Below are positions 27,250 to 34,492 of a stretch of DNA of 50,867 nt, piece after piece; the first letter of the stretch is position 1, and the number at the start of each line of letters is the position of its first letter. Both the position numbers and the translations under genes were made by a program. The notes below the pieces were generated by a model that saw only the letters and a program-made list of their open reading frames with translations, had not been told where the DNA came from and ran no database searches. Origin of the DNA: a virus (lineage: Duplodnaviria; Caudoviricetes); IMG/VR virus record IMGVR_UViG_3300006865_000002, positions 1-50,867 of that record; one strand, written 5' to 3'.

Positions 27250-27321
27250 GGGCCTACCAAGGACGGACCGCGTGTAGGTTGGATACTCGCGGCGGGGGTT
27301 CGATTCCCCATAGGTCCACCA
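27250..27321 (+). ncRNA. tRNA-like RNA resembling an isolated tmRNA tRNA-like domain
   Basis: Acceptor GGGCCTA/TAGGTCC with G3-U70, A73, CCA; stemless D loop with GG...GAC; one 9-bp helix; T arm GGGGG-TTCGATT-CCCCA. Confidence 0.65.
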
Positions 27322-27348
27322 ATATTGATCGGACCAACAGGATTTCGG

Positions 27349-27376
27349 TTGACTTTATGGAATGCCCGGCTACGAT
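27349..27376 (+). promoter_or_regulatory. sigma70-type promoter
   Basis: TTGACT-N16-TACGAT; shares TTGACTTTATGG with the 26212 promoter. Confidence 0.55.
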
Positions 27377-27398
27377 TGTGTAGCCGATTGATGGAGGA

Positions 27399-27791
27399 AT
27401 GGACATGGCTAAGGCTCGAATCGAGTACGCGGCGGTTGTCGGCACGGGACAGTTTCCTTTCGACATGCTCCGTTACGACTTCTGTTCCCCGGCGTCGGAG
27501 TCCAAGGACTGTTCGCAGTTGGGGCGGCTGACCGACCCGACCCTTTCGGACAAGGCCACGGCGGAAGAGTTCATCAAGATTCGGGTTGTCGTGGTCAAGC
27601 GCGTGTTCGCGGATTGCGTGGGCGGGGACTGGACGCCCGCGCGCTGGCAATCCTTCGGTTGGGAACTGGTCGCGGGCATGGGGCGGCGTCGATTCGAGTA
27701 CGAAGACGACGCGCGCCGGGCCGGGGAGAACTACGCCGCGTCCCTTCGGATGCACAACAACCATATGCGGAAGGGGACCAACAATGGTTAG
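27399..27791 (+). CDS. Hypothetical protein
   Basis: RBS ggagg; G.G.FPFDMLRYD.C.P motif. Confidence 0.6.
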   Translation: MDMAKARIEYAAVVGTGQFPFDMLRYDFCSPASESKDCSQLGRLTDPTLSDKATAEEFIKIRVVVVKRVFADCVGGDWTPARWQSFGWELVAGMGRRRFEYEDDARRAGENYAASLRMHNNHMRKGTNNG

Positions 27792-28323
27792 CCGCCGCGT
27801 TTGGTGCATCAAACTAAAGCCGCGCGACTTGGACGGCAAAGCGGGCGGGTACTGGTCCGCCAAACCCGGCGACGACATGAAGGCCGGAACCTACGGCGAA
27901 GGGTTCGCGGGGGAAGCCTTGGTCGTGCTGCTGGACGACGATTCCGGGGACTGGTTCGCGGGCTTGGCCCATGCCGCCGGATGCGAAGGCGGGGCGGGTT
28001 GCCGACACGCGGCGGGGCTGGCGGTCAAGGCCCTGTTGGAGAAGGCGGGCGTTTCGCTGGAAGTGAAGACCAAACGGACCAAGCGAGTTTCGCGGGCCGC
28101 GCAATGGGCCGACGCATGTTCCCGGGCGTCCGATGCCCTTTCGACGCTGGCCGAACTCAAGTCCGAATACGAATCGTGGAGGGACAATCTTCCCGAGAAC
28201 TTGCAAACGTCGGCGGTCGGGGAAAAGCTGGATGCGGTTTGCGACCTTGACCTTGATTCGTGCGTGTCCACCATTGAGGAAGCGGAAGGCTTGGACCTTC
28301 CCCTTGGGTACGGAAAGGACTAG
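27784..28323 (+). CDS. Hypothetical protein
   Basis: Overlap coupling; helical C-terminus DNLPENLQ. Confidence 0.6.
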   Translation: MVSRRVWCIKLKPRDLDGKAGGYWSAKPGDDMKAGTYGEGFAGEALVVLLDDDSGDWFAGLAHAAGCEGGAGCRHAAGLAVKALLEKAGVSLEVKTKRTKRVSRAAQWADACSRASDALSTLAELKSEYESWRDNLPENLQTSAVGEKLDAVCDLDLDSCVSTIEEAEGLDLPLGYGKD

Positions 28324-28328
28324 GGGCC

Positions 28329-28490
28329 ATGCTTTGCGCGAACGTGAATTGCGACCGGGGCAAGGGCAAGCGCAAGGGCCAGCGCGCTACCTTCCGCAAG
28401 GGGAAGAAGTGGTCCAAGTATTGTTCCCCGGCTTGCGGGTTCGCCGTTCGACAGCTTCGCTACTACCATCGGACGGCGGGGCGCAAGTGA
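28329..28490 (+). CDS. Small basic Zn-finger protein (53 aa)
   Basis: MLCANVNC...KYCSPAC; below the ORF track cutoff. Confidence 0.55.
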   Translation: MLCANVNCDRGKGKRKGQRATFRKGKKWSKYCSPACGFAVRQLRYYHRTAGRK

Positions 28491-28645
28491 AACGGTTTTG
28501 GCTGGCGGTCTTGTTACTCGCATTCGTGGGGGGATGCGCCAATCGTCCCCGTGTCCCGCGCCCGGGGTACGACTTCCCCGTATGGCGGGCGGGTCATGAC
28601 TACATCCCGCCGACGTGGAAGCATTGCAAGGGCAGGGGCCGCTAA
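28487..28645 (+). CDS. Small lipoprotein (52 aa)
   Basis: GTG start, MKRFWLAVLLLAFVGG|C lipobox; coupled on both sides. Confidence 0.6.
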   Translation: MKRFWLAVLLLAFVGGCANRPRVPRPGYDFPVWRAGHDYIPPTWKHCKGRGR

Positions 28646-29217
28646 TGGCTTTCGAACTCCCGACCAAGCCCCGAGCCCATGGGCATAAGTGGTACGAATG
28701 CCCGGGGAATCACGCTTACGCGAACTCTTGCCAGTTTTGCGACGGCGGGCTTGGTTGGTGCATCCGTTGTGACTGTTTCGAGGGGGAACTTACTTACACT
28801 TGCCCGGGAAGGAAAATGACCCGGGAGGAAAAGGCCCTTTCCTATGCGGGTTGGCTTAACTTCGTGAACGGGCGTTGGATCAAGAAACGTCCGGCCTTGA
28901 TCGTTGAAAAGTACCTTCATCCGGGGGCGCGTGGCGAAAAGGCAAACGCGGCGGTTTCAAAAACCGTTGGGGCAACCCTTGGGGGTTCGACTCCCCCCGC
29001 GCCCACTATTCACCGTTGCCATTGGCCCAACTGCATTCATGAAGTTCCGCCCCGGCTTTGGGGCTGTCGCTTCCATTGGTTCAAACTTCCCAAAGAACTT
29101 AGGGACGCCATTTGGCGGACCTACGTTCCCGGGCAGGAAGTGACCAAGACCCCTTCGCCCGCGTACATCAAGGCCGCGCAAGCCGTCCAAGAGTGGATCA
29201 AAGGGAACCGCGAATGA
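28645..29217 (+). CDS. Two-domain Cys/His-rich protein whose linker is encoded by a tRNA gene
   Basis: TAATG start; CQFC..CIRC..CPG domain and HRCHWPNC..C..HW domain; open frame throughout. Confidence 0.6.
   Translation: MAFELPTKPRAHGHKWYECPGNHAYANSCQFCDGGLGWCIRCDCFEGELTYTCPGRKMTREEKALSYAGWLNFVNGRWIKKRPALIVEKYLHPGARGEKANAAVSKTVGATLGGSTPPAPTIHRCHWPNCIHEVPPRLWGCRFHWFKLPKELRDAIWRTYVPGQEVTKTPSPAYIKAAQAVQEWIKGNRE
28925..29005 (+). tRNA. trnL: tRNA-Leu (anticodon CAA), type II, no encoded CCA
   Basis: Acceptor GGGCGCG/CGCGCCC, anticodon arm GCGGT-TTCAAAA-ACCGT, variable arm GGG-GCAA-CCC, T arm GGGGG-TTCGACT-CCCCC, A73. Confidence 0.85.
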
Positions 29218-29369
29218 GCGGAGGGAGGAAGCGCGCGTCCCAAGTCTCGTTGCCCGGCGTGGCCGAAGCCGTGAGCCGGGGAGTCATGGGCCAAATCGAC
29301 TTCGAAGAAGTGGAAGATTTCCAATACGGATTCGGAGGAAAGGAAGACCATGGACAACCCGAACCCTGA
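29214..29369 (+). CDS. Small hypothetical protein
   Basis: ATGA overlap. Confidence 0.35.
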   Translation: MSGGRKRASQVSLPGVAEAVSRGVMGQIDFEEVEDFQYGFGGKEDHGQPEP

Positions 29370-29937
29370 TTGCCGCTGGAAGTTGTGGACGTGGATTGGA
29401 ACCCATGCGCCCGCTTGGGTCAAGAACGCGCTGGCCGACTCCGTGAAACACGCGGAGAAACGCGGAATCCGAATGGGGGCGGAAGTCGCTTCGGACTACG
29501 ACTACTTGTCCGGCCACGACCATTTGGTTTCGGACTGCATCCTTGGGAAACTGAACTTGCTTGGGAAGAGGAAGCCCCGGAGGAATCGGACGGCTTCTTC
29601 CGATGCCAAACGGCTTCGGGAGATTGCCGACATTCTGGAAGCTGTCGATAATCGCTGCATGGCGGTTGACGGCCCCGTTACGCCGACCAAGGACGAAATC
29701 AGGGCGGACGAACTCCGGACTATCTACAGGCTGGCGAAACGTCTTCGTCCCTTCCCCAAGGTCGCGCGCCGTTGCAAATGCGAATCCGGCGGGGCTCAAT
29801 GCGGGCGAACCACGGCCAACAAGAAAGGGGTTTGCTCCGAATGTTTGCGGCGTTGTTTCAGCCTTCAGAATTGCAGCATCAACCATTCGGAAGAAGCCCG
29901 TAGCCGAGTGGGGGACGCGCGGAGGGAAGTACATTGA
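29350..29937 (+). CDS. Hypothetical protein with C-terminal Cys cluster
   Basis: RBS aagga; multiple Cys pairs. Confidence 0.55.
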   Translation: MDNPNPDCRWKLWTWIGTHAPAWVKNALADSVKHAEKRGIRMGAEVASDYDYLSGHDHLVSDCILGKLNLLGKRKPRRNRTASSDAKRLREIADILEAVDNRCMAVDGPVTPTKDEIRADELRTIYRLAKRLRPFPKVARRCKCESGGAQCGRTTANKKGVCSECLRRCFSLQNCSINHSEEARSRVGDARREVH

Positions 29938-30245
29938 CCGGAGCCTACACTTTCCAGAAGTTCGAACCCGGGCCGGACCAAGACCATTGGGATTGCCCCA
30001 AGGGGCATTGGGTTTCGTGGGCCGGGACGCGGGACGGCAAGCCCTATCGGGCGGTCATGATCCGTTGCCCTGAATGCGGAACGTGCGGAATGCTACCGCA
30101 TCGGATCGACCCGGCGGGCGGGGTTCATCCTTCCATCGTTTGCACGGGGCCGGACCAGAAGCCGGGAACGTGCGCGTTCCATACCATGCCCAACACGCTT
30201 TCGGGTTGGACGCATGGAGAAAGGCCGGATACGAAGGACCAGTAG
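29934..30245 (+). CDS. Zn-binding hypothetical protein (DUF6527-like)
   Basis: CPECG...HPSIVC...CAFH. Confidence 0.5.
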   Translation: MTGAYTFQKFEPGPDQDHWDCPKGHWVSWAGTRDGKPYRAVMIRCPECGTCGMLPHRIDPAGGVHPSIVCTGPDQKPGTCAFHTMPNTLSGWTHGERPDTKDQ

Positions 30246-30400
30246 TGGACCCAAACGAATCGTCTTGGAAAATTCCCGTAGTGGGCGCGGATAAGCCCCG
30301 CGCTTCACGGCTGGCATTGCTGGCGTTCGGTCTTGCGGTCGGGTTCGTGTACGGGTTCGCGGCGGGGTTGTTTATAGCATGGTTGGTTAGCAGGGATTAA
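30245..30400 (+). CDS. Small single-TM membrane protein
   Basis: LALLAFGLAVGFVYGFAAGLFIAWLV. Confidence 0.5.
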   Translation: MDPNESSWKIPVVGADKPRASRLALLAFGLAVGFVYGFAAGLFIAWLVSRD

Positions 30401-30403
30401 TGA

Positions 30404-30479
30404 GGCCCCATCGTCTAGTGGCCTAGGATGTCACCCTTTCAAGGTGAAGACACGGGTTCGAATCCCGTTGGGGCTACCA
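30404..30479 (+). tRNA. trnE: tRNA-Glu (anticodon TTC)
   Basis: Acceptor GGCCCCA/TGGGGCT, anticodon arm TCACC-CTTTCAA-GGTGA, T arm ACGGG-TTCGAAT-CCCGT, encoded CCA. Confidence 0.95.
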
Positions 30480-30500
30480 AAATTGATTGGAGGAACGCGC

Positions 30501-30746
30501 ATGACCGACGAACAGTTCAAGCAGGAAGTCCTAGTCCGTTTGGATATGATCATCAACGGGTTTCGGGACGCCCTAGGGTATCTCCATTGCATTGACGCGA
30601 AACTCCACGGCGTCGTTGTTCCGACCCCGGAACACAAGGACCAAGCCCCGGCCATGGCCGTTCGCACGACGCCGGGCAAGGAAGACAAGTCGCGGAAGCT
30701 GGTCCCCCATGACTACGTGCCGCCGGGGGAGGGGAAAAAGTCATGA
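30501..30746 (+). CDS. Hypothetical protein
   Basis: RBS ggagg. Confidence 0.55.
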   Translation: MTDEQFKQEVLVRLDMIINGFRDALGYLHCIDAKLHGVVVPTPEHKDQAPAMAVRTTPGKEDKSRKLVPHDYVPPGEGKKS

Positions 30747-31009
30747 TCAACTTAGACGACTTGAAGGGGCCGGACGGGTTCGAAAGCCTTTCGCGTTACG
30801 TCAACGAGACGATCCGGGCGGAACTTGTACAGAAGGAACTAAAGATGCTCCGCGCCGTCGTTTGGATCGTCGCCCGGGAGAACGGAGGGGGCTTGACCAT
30901 CCCCCGAAGGCATTTGGAAATGGTCCCCGAAGAAGCGGTCCTTGACGCTTGGTTGGAAGCCAAGGACGGCACGGCCCATATCCGGGCCTTGGGAAAGCCC
31001 AAGGTATGA
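30743..31009 (+). CDS. Hypothetical protein
   Basis: ATGA overlap. Confidence 0.55.
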   Translation: MINLDDLKGPDGFESLSRYVNETIRAELVQKELKMLRAVVWIVARENGGGLTIPRRHLEMVPEEAVLDAWLEAKDGTAHIRALGKPKV

Positions 31010-31236
31010 CCGCCGCGCAGTTGTGCGACCTAGGCGGGGTGTTAACCGCCGTCAAGGACATTGACGGTAAAAAGAACTCCGCTTGGTTGGCCCATGCCCC
31101 CGAGGGATTCCGATTCACGAACGGACGGCACGTCGTCCGAAGGGAGTTGGACCAGTCTTGGGAAACGGTCATGGGCTACCTAGGCTTGGAGCGTTGCGGC
31201 CCGGGTTGTTCGTGCCGGGAAGCGGAAAGGCTATGA
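31006..31236 (+). CDS. Hypothetical protein
   Basis: ATGA overlap. Confidence 0.5.
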   Translation: MTAAQLCDLGGVLTAVKDIDGKKNSAWLAHAPEGFRFTNGRHVVRRELDQSWETVMGYLGLERCGPGCSCREAERL

Positions 31237-31487
31237 TGATTCCCGCGCTTAGGTGGACGTGCGACTTTTGCCCGGCGTCTTTTCTTCAGGAAGGCCCCCG
31301 GGCCGGGGCCATGCCCGCGATTCCCCCCGTGGGCTGGTTGCTTGTGGGCGTGTCTTGGTTCGTCCCGGCCCATTCGACCCAAACGGCTTCGGGAGAGAAG
31401 GTCAAGGTTGGGGACGCCCGAGAGACGGCCCGCCGTATGGTTTGCCCGGCCTGTCGGGACGCCGTGCTTGGCCCTTTGCGGTTGTAA
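31233..31487 (+). CDS. Small Zn-ribbon protein
   Basis: CDFC...P.GW...CPAC. Confidence 0.55.
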   Translation: MMIPALRWTCDFCPASFLQEGPRAGAMPAIPPVGWLLVGVSWFVPAHSTQTASGEKVKVGDARETARRMVCPACRDAVLGPLRL

Positions 31488-31506
31488 CTTATGACCTACC
31501 AAATCG

Positions 31507-31662
31507 GGTCTAGGTTCCTGCATGTCACAAAGGGGGTAGGGGTAAGGGGGTCTGTATTCATCGTGTAAGTAAAGTTTTTTTTATTAGTAATAATATTAGT
31601 ATATTATTACTATAGGCTTAACCCTTGTACACCCCCCTATAGGGGGGATACCCCGTTGACAT
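31507..31662. repeat. AT-rich element, copy 2
   Basis: Blocks 31507-31527 and 31555-31589 identical to 9413-9433 and 9459-9493. Confidence 0.85.
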
Positions 31663-31685
31663 ACGGAATAAAAATCAAGTAGACT
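31656..31685 (+). promoter_or_regulatory. sigma70-type promoter
   Basis: TTGACA-N18-TAGACT upstream of RBS aaaggag. Confidence 0.55.
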
Positions 31686-31709
31686 GGTCTTGAAGAAAGG
31701 AGCCTAGCC

Positions 31710-32015
31710 ATGCCCGGTCCCGGTCGTCCCAAGGGTTCAACGTCGGTCGCCCCGCTCCCTTGCGGCTGTCGCGCCGCCATTGGACCCAAAACGCATTGGA
31801 AGATAAGGAAGCTGAAACACGGCGTCCGCATTTGCGAAGCCCACAACCGGGCCTTTGTGCAGGAGTGGCGCGAAGTCGGGATGGACGAGGCGGTTAAGAT
31901 TGCCGAAAGGAAAGATCATGGCCCGGCGTCAACCCAAGTTCGAACCGCCCCCCGGCGGGTTTTTGTGCAGCGGCCCGTATCGGCTCGAATGGCTACGAAG
32001 GGAAGCGGAGCATAG
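31710..32015 (+). CDS. Small basic protein (AT-hook-like PGRPKGS, Cys/His)
   Basis: Strong RBS; CGC...CEAH. Confidence 0.55.
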   Translation: MPGPGRPKGSTSVAPLPCGCRAAIGPKTHWKIRKLKHGVRICEAHNRAFVQEWREVGMDEAVKIAERKDHGPASTQVRTAPRRVFVQRPVSARMATKGSGA

Positions 32016-32178
32016 ATACGGACTCTTCTTCCGCTGCATGGGCGGGGGTTGCCGCCAAACCATCGAAGTGAACTTGGACCAGCGCGAAACGCCCAAGTAT
32101 CCCCTTCCCCCCTTGGGGCGGTTTTATTTGCTCCGCTGTACGGACGGAACAAACTTCGAAGTACAGGAAGTTAGTTGA
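31918..32178 (+). CDS. Hypothetical protein
   Basis: RBS aaagga; overlaps the previous ORF. Confidence 0.45.
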   Translation: MARRQPKFEPPPGGFLCSGPYRLEWLRREAEHRYGLFFRCMGGGCRQTIEVNLDQRETPKYPLPPLGRFYLLRCTDGTNFEVQEVS

Positions 32179-32281
32179 CCCAATGTAGGAATGCAACTAG
32201 ATTCGGCCCGAAGGGGCTTGGGAGCCCCAAAGCGGCGAAATTCCCTTGCTTTGACCCCGACGCGCGCGCCATACTTAGGGC

Positions 32282-32743
32282 ATGGCCGATGCCGCGAGGA
32301 AGCTACCTTCAGGGAAGCCGGGCCTTGATTTACAGGGCAAGGAACAGGCCCCCAAGAGTGTAGGTCATAGGTTCCAGCCCGGACAGTCCGGGAACCCCAA
32401 AGGGCGTCCGCCGGGCCAAACCCGGGAAGCAATCGTCCGATCCTTTTTCGAATTGCTTTCGAAGAAGGCCAAGGGCGAGGAAGTGACTTACCTTGAAGTC
32501 ATGATGGCCCGCGTACTCGCTTCGGAGCATTTGCTTTCGAAGTTCTTGGACAAGCTGTTGCCGAACATGTCCCAAGACCAAACCAATTTGGTCTTCAACA
32601 ACTTCGAAGCGATTTTGGCCCAAGTACAAGCCCAACGCGCCGCGCTTGCGTTCACGCAATCCCCCGGGCTTCCCCCGGTCGTCCCGGTCGTGTCCACGCC
32701 GGAACCGGAGTTGGAGCCCGTTAACCGTAAGAGTGGGGGATAG
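32282..32743 (+). CDS. Terminase small subunit (DUF5681-type)
   Basis: FQPGQSGNPKGRP motif; directly upstream of the large subunit. Confidence 0.8.
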   Translation: MADAARKLPSGKPGLDLQGKEQAPKSVGHRFQPGQSGNPKGRPPGQTREAIVRSFFELLSKKAKGEEVTYLEVMMARVLASEHLLSKFLDKLLPNMSQDQTNLVFNNFEAILAQVQAQRAALAFTQSPGLPPVVPVVSTPEPELEPVNRKSGG

Positions 32744-32749
32744 CGGTAA

Positions 32750-34492
32750 ATGACCAAGGGGGGAACGGTCAAGCGGCGACGTATCATCGTGCGTAGGGGC
32801 GCAACGCCCCCCGTTCCTCCCGCCGTGGACCCTGGCTTCAACATCCCGCCCGAGTTCGTGGAACTCATGACGGACGAAAGCAAGTACATTCAAAACTTGC
32901 TCATGATCCGCGACAAGCGCGGAACCGTAGTGCCTTTCGCTCTTAACCCGGTCCAACAACGGATCATGGAAGTACGGCGTCAACTGCGGGCCGCTGGCAA
33001 ACGGATTAGGCTTCTAGTTCTCAAGTCCCGGCGACAAGGCGTAACGACTTTGGAACAGGGCCTTAGCTTCAAGGGCGTTGCGTCGGAGCCGAACTACCAA
33101 GCCTTGACCTTGGCCCACAACGACAAGTCCACCGAAAAGATTTTCCGAATCGCCAACCTGTTCTACGAACTCTTGGACGAACGCTTCAGGCCGCGCCGTC
33201 TCACGTCGTCCAACAAGCGAGACTTGAACTTTCCGGGGCTTCGTTCCCTGTACTCCATCGGCACGGCTGGCGGTCGCGGCGTCGGGCGTGGGGAAACGCT
33301 CAACCGCGCCCATTGGTCCGAAACCAGTTGGAGCCCGGGGAGCAAGGAAGAACAGCGGGAACTTTTGGCGGGCTTGACCGAAGCGGCTTCGGCGGGCGAA
33401 GTCGTTTTGGAAACCACGCCGAACGGCGTTGGCGATTTGTTCCACGAAAAGTTCGTTGAAGCCATGCGTGGCGGCAACGAGTGGTTGGGCCTGTTCTTCC
33501 CGTGGTGGGCCGATCCTACGTACCGGGAGCATTGCAAGGCCGAAGAAGCCGCGTACATCATGGCGAACTTGACCGAGGAAGAAGCATCCTTGGTTAATCG
33601 GCATGGCCTAGACGCGCAACAAATCAAGTGGCGTCGGGCTCAAATGCGCGAACTTGGGCGGCTGTTCCAACAGGAGTACCCCGAGGATTGGGAAACGTGC
33701 TTCCTTGTGTCCGGCCAATCCTTTTTCGAAAAGTCCATCATCAACGACCTTTTCCTTTCCACGGGCGAACCTATCGAAGAACGCTGGAACGGCGAACTTC
33801 GGATATGGAAGAAGGTCGAAGCGGGACGCCGCTACATCATCGCGGCGGACGTGGCCGAAGGCATCAAGGGCGGCAACTGGTCCACGGCTGGCGTACTGGA
33901 CGCCGAGTCGGGGGAGCAAGTCGCGGCCTTGCGCGGCCACTATCCCCCGGAAGAGTTCGCCCGGCGTCTTGTGTTAATCGCACAAGAGTACAAAGGCGAA
34001 AATCACGAATACCCGTTGTTGGCCGTCGAACGGAACAACCACGGCCATTCCTGCCTAAACACTTTGGCGAACGTCTACCAGTACCCCAACCTGTACTACC
34101 ATCGGGAGTACGACGCGAGGGGGAAGGAAGCCCCGGTCCTTGGCTGGCCGACCACGCCCAAGACGCGGCCTATCATGCTGGACGATCTACGCGAAGCCGT
34201 CGAAAAGCGGTACATGATCGTTCATGACCGCGTGTTCCTTGACGAATGCCGGACCTTCGGACCCAACGACCGGGGCAAGTACGAAGCGTTGAACGACGCC
34301 GACGACGACACCATTTTTGCGTGGGGCATCGGCTGGCAAATCCGGCAACAGTCCGTCCGGCGAGGGGAAGCCAGCCTTAGCGGGGGCTACGAAGCGGCGG
34401 TCCAAGCGGCGCAATCGGGAAAGGTCTTCACGGCCAGCCCCGAACCGATTTCGATTGGGTCGCTTAACCAAATGCCGGGGAGACTTTTCTAA
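32750..34492 (+). CDS. Terminase large subunit
   Basis: LKSRRQGVTT Walker A, HWSE, ETTPNG, FQQEYP, ADVAEG, VERNNHG, DDDTI nuclease motifs. Confidence 0.95.
   Translation: MTKGGTVKRRRIIVRRGATPPVPPAVDPGFNIPPEFVELMTDESKYIQNLLMIRDKRGTVVPFALNPVQQRIMEVRRQLRAAGKRIRLLVLKSRRQGVTTLEQGLSFKGVASEPNYQALTLAHNDKSTEKIFRIANLFYELLDERFRPRRLTSSNKRDLNFPGLRSLYSIGTAGGRGVGRGETLNRAHWSETSWSPGSKEEQRELLAGLTEAASAGEVVLETTPNGVGDLFHEKFVEAMRGGNEWLGLFFPWWADPTYREHCKAEEAAYIMANLTEEEASLVNRHGLDAQQIKWRRAQMRELGRLFQQEYPEDWETCFLVSGQSFFEKSIINDLFLSTGEPIEERWNGELRIWKKVEAGRRYIIAADVAEGIKGGNWSTAGVLDAESGEQVAALRGHYPPEEFARRLVLIAQEYKGENHEYPLLAVERNNHGHSCLNTLANVYQYPNLYYHREYDARGKEAPVLGWPTTPKTRPIMLDDLREAVEKRYMIVHDRVFLDECRTFGPNDRGKYEALNDADDDTIFAWGIGWQIRQQSVRRGEASLSGGYEAAVQAAQSGKVFTASPEPISIGSLNQMPGRLF

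Noticed and set aside
28925-29005. tRNA-Sec or opal suppressor reading (TCA visible in the loop)
   Set aside because: The 5-bp stem frames the loop as TTCAAAA, giving anticodon CAA; the 7-bp acceptor stem and A73 fit Leu
18096-30479. tRNA genes as attP sites of a temperate phage
   Set aside because: No tyrosine or serine integrase or repressor recognised; the tRNAs are full length
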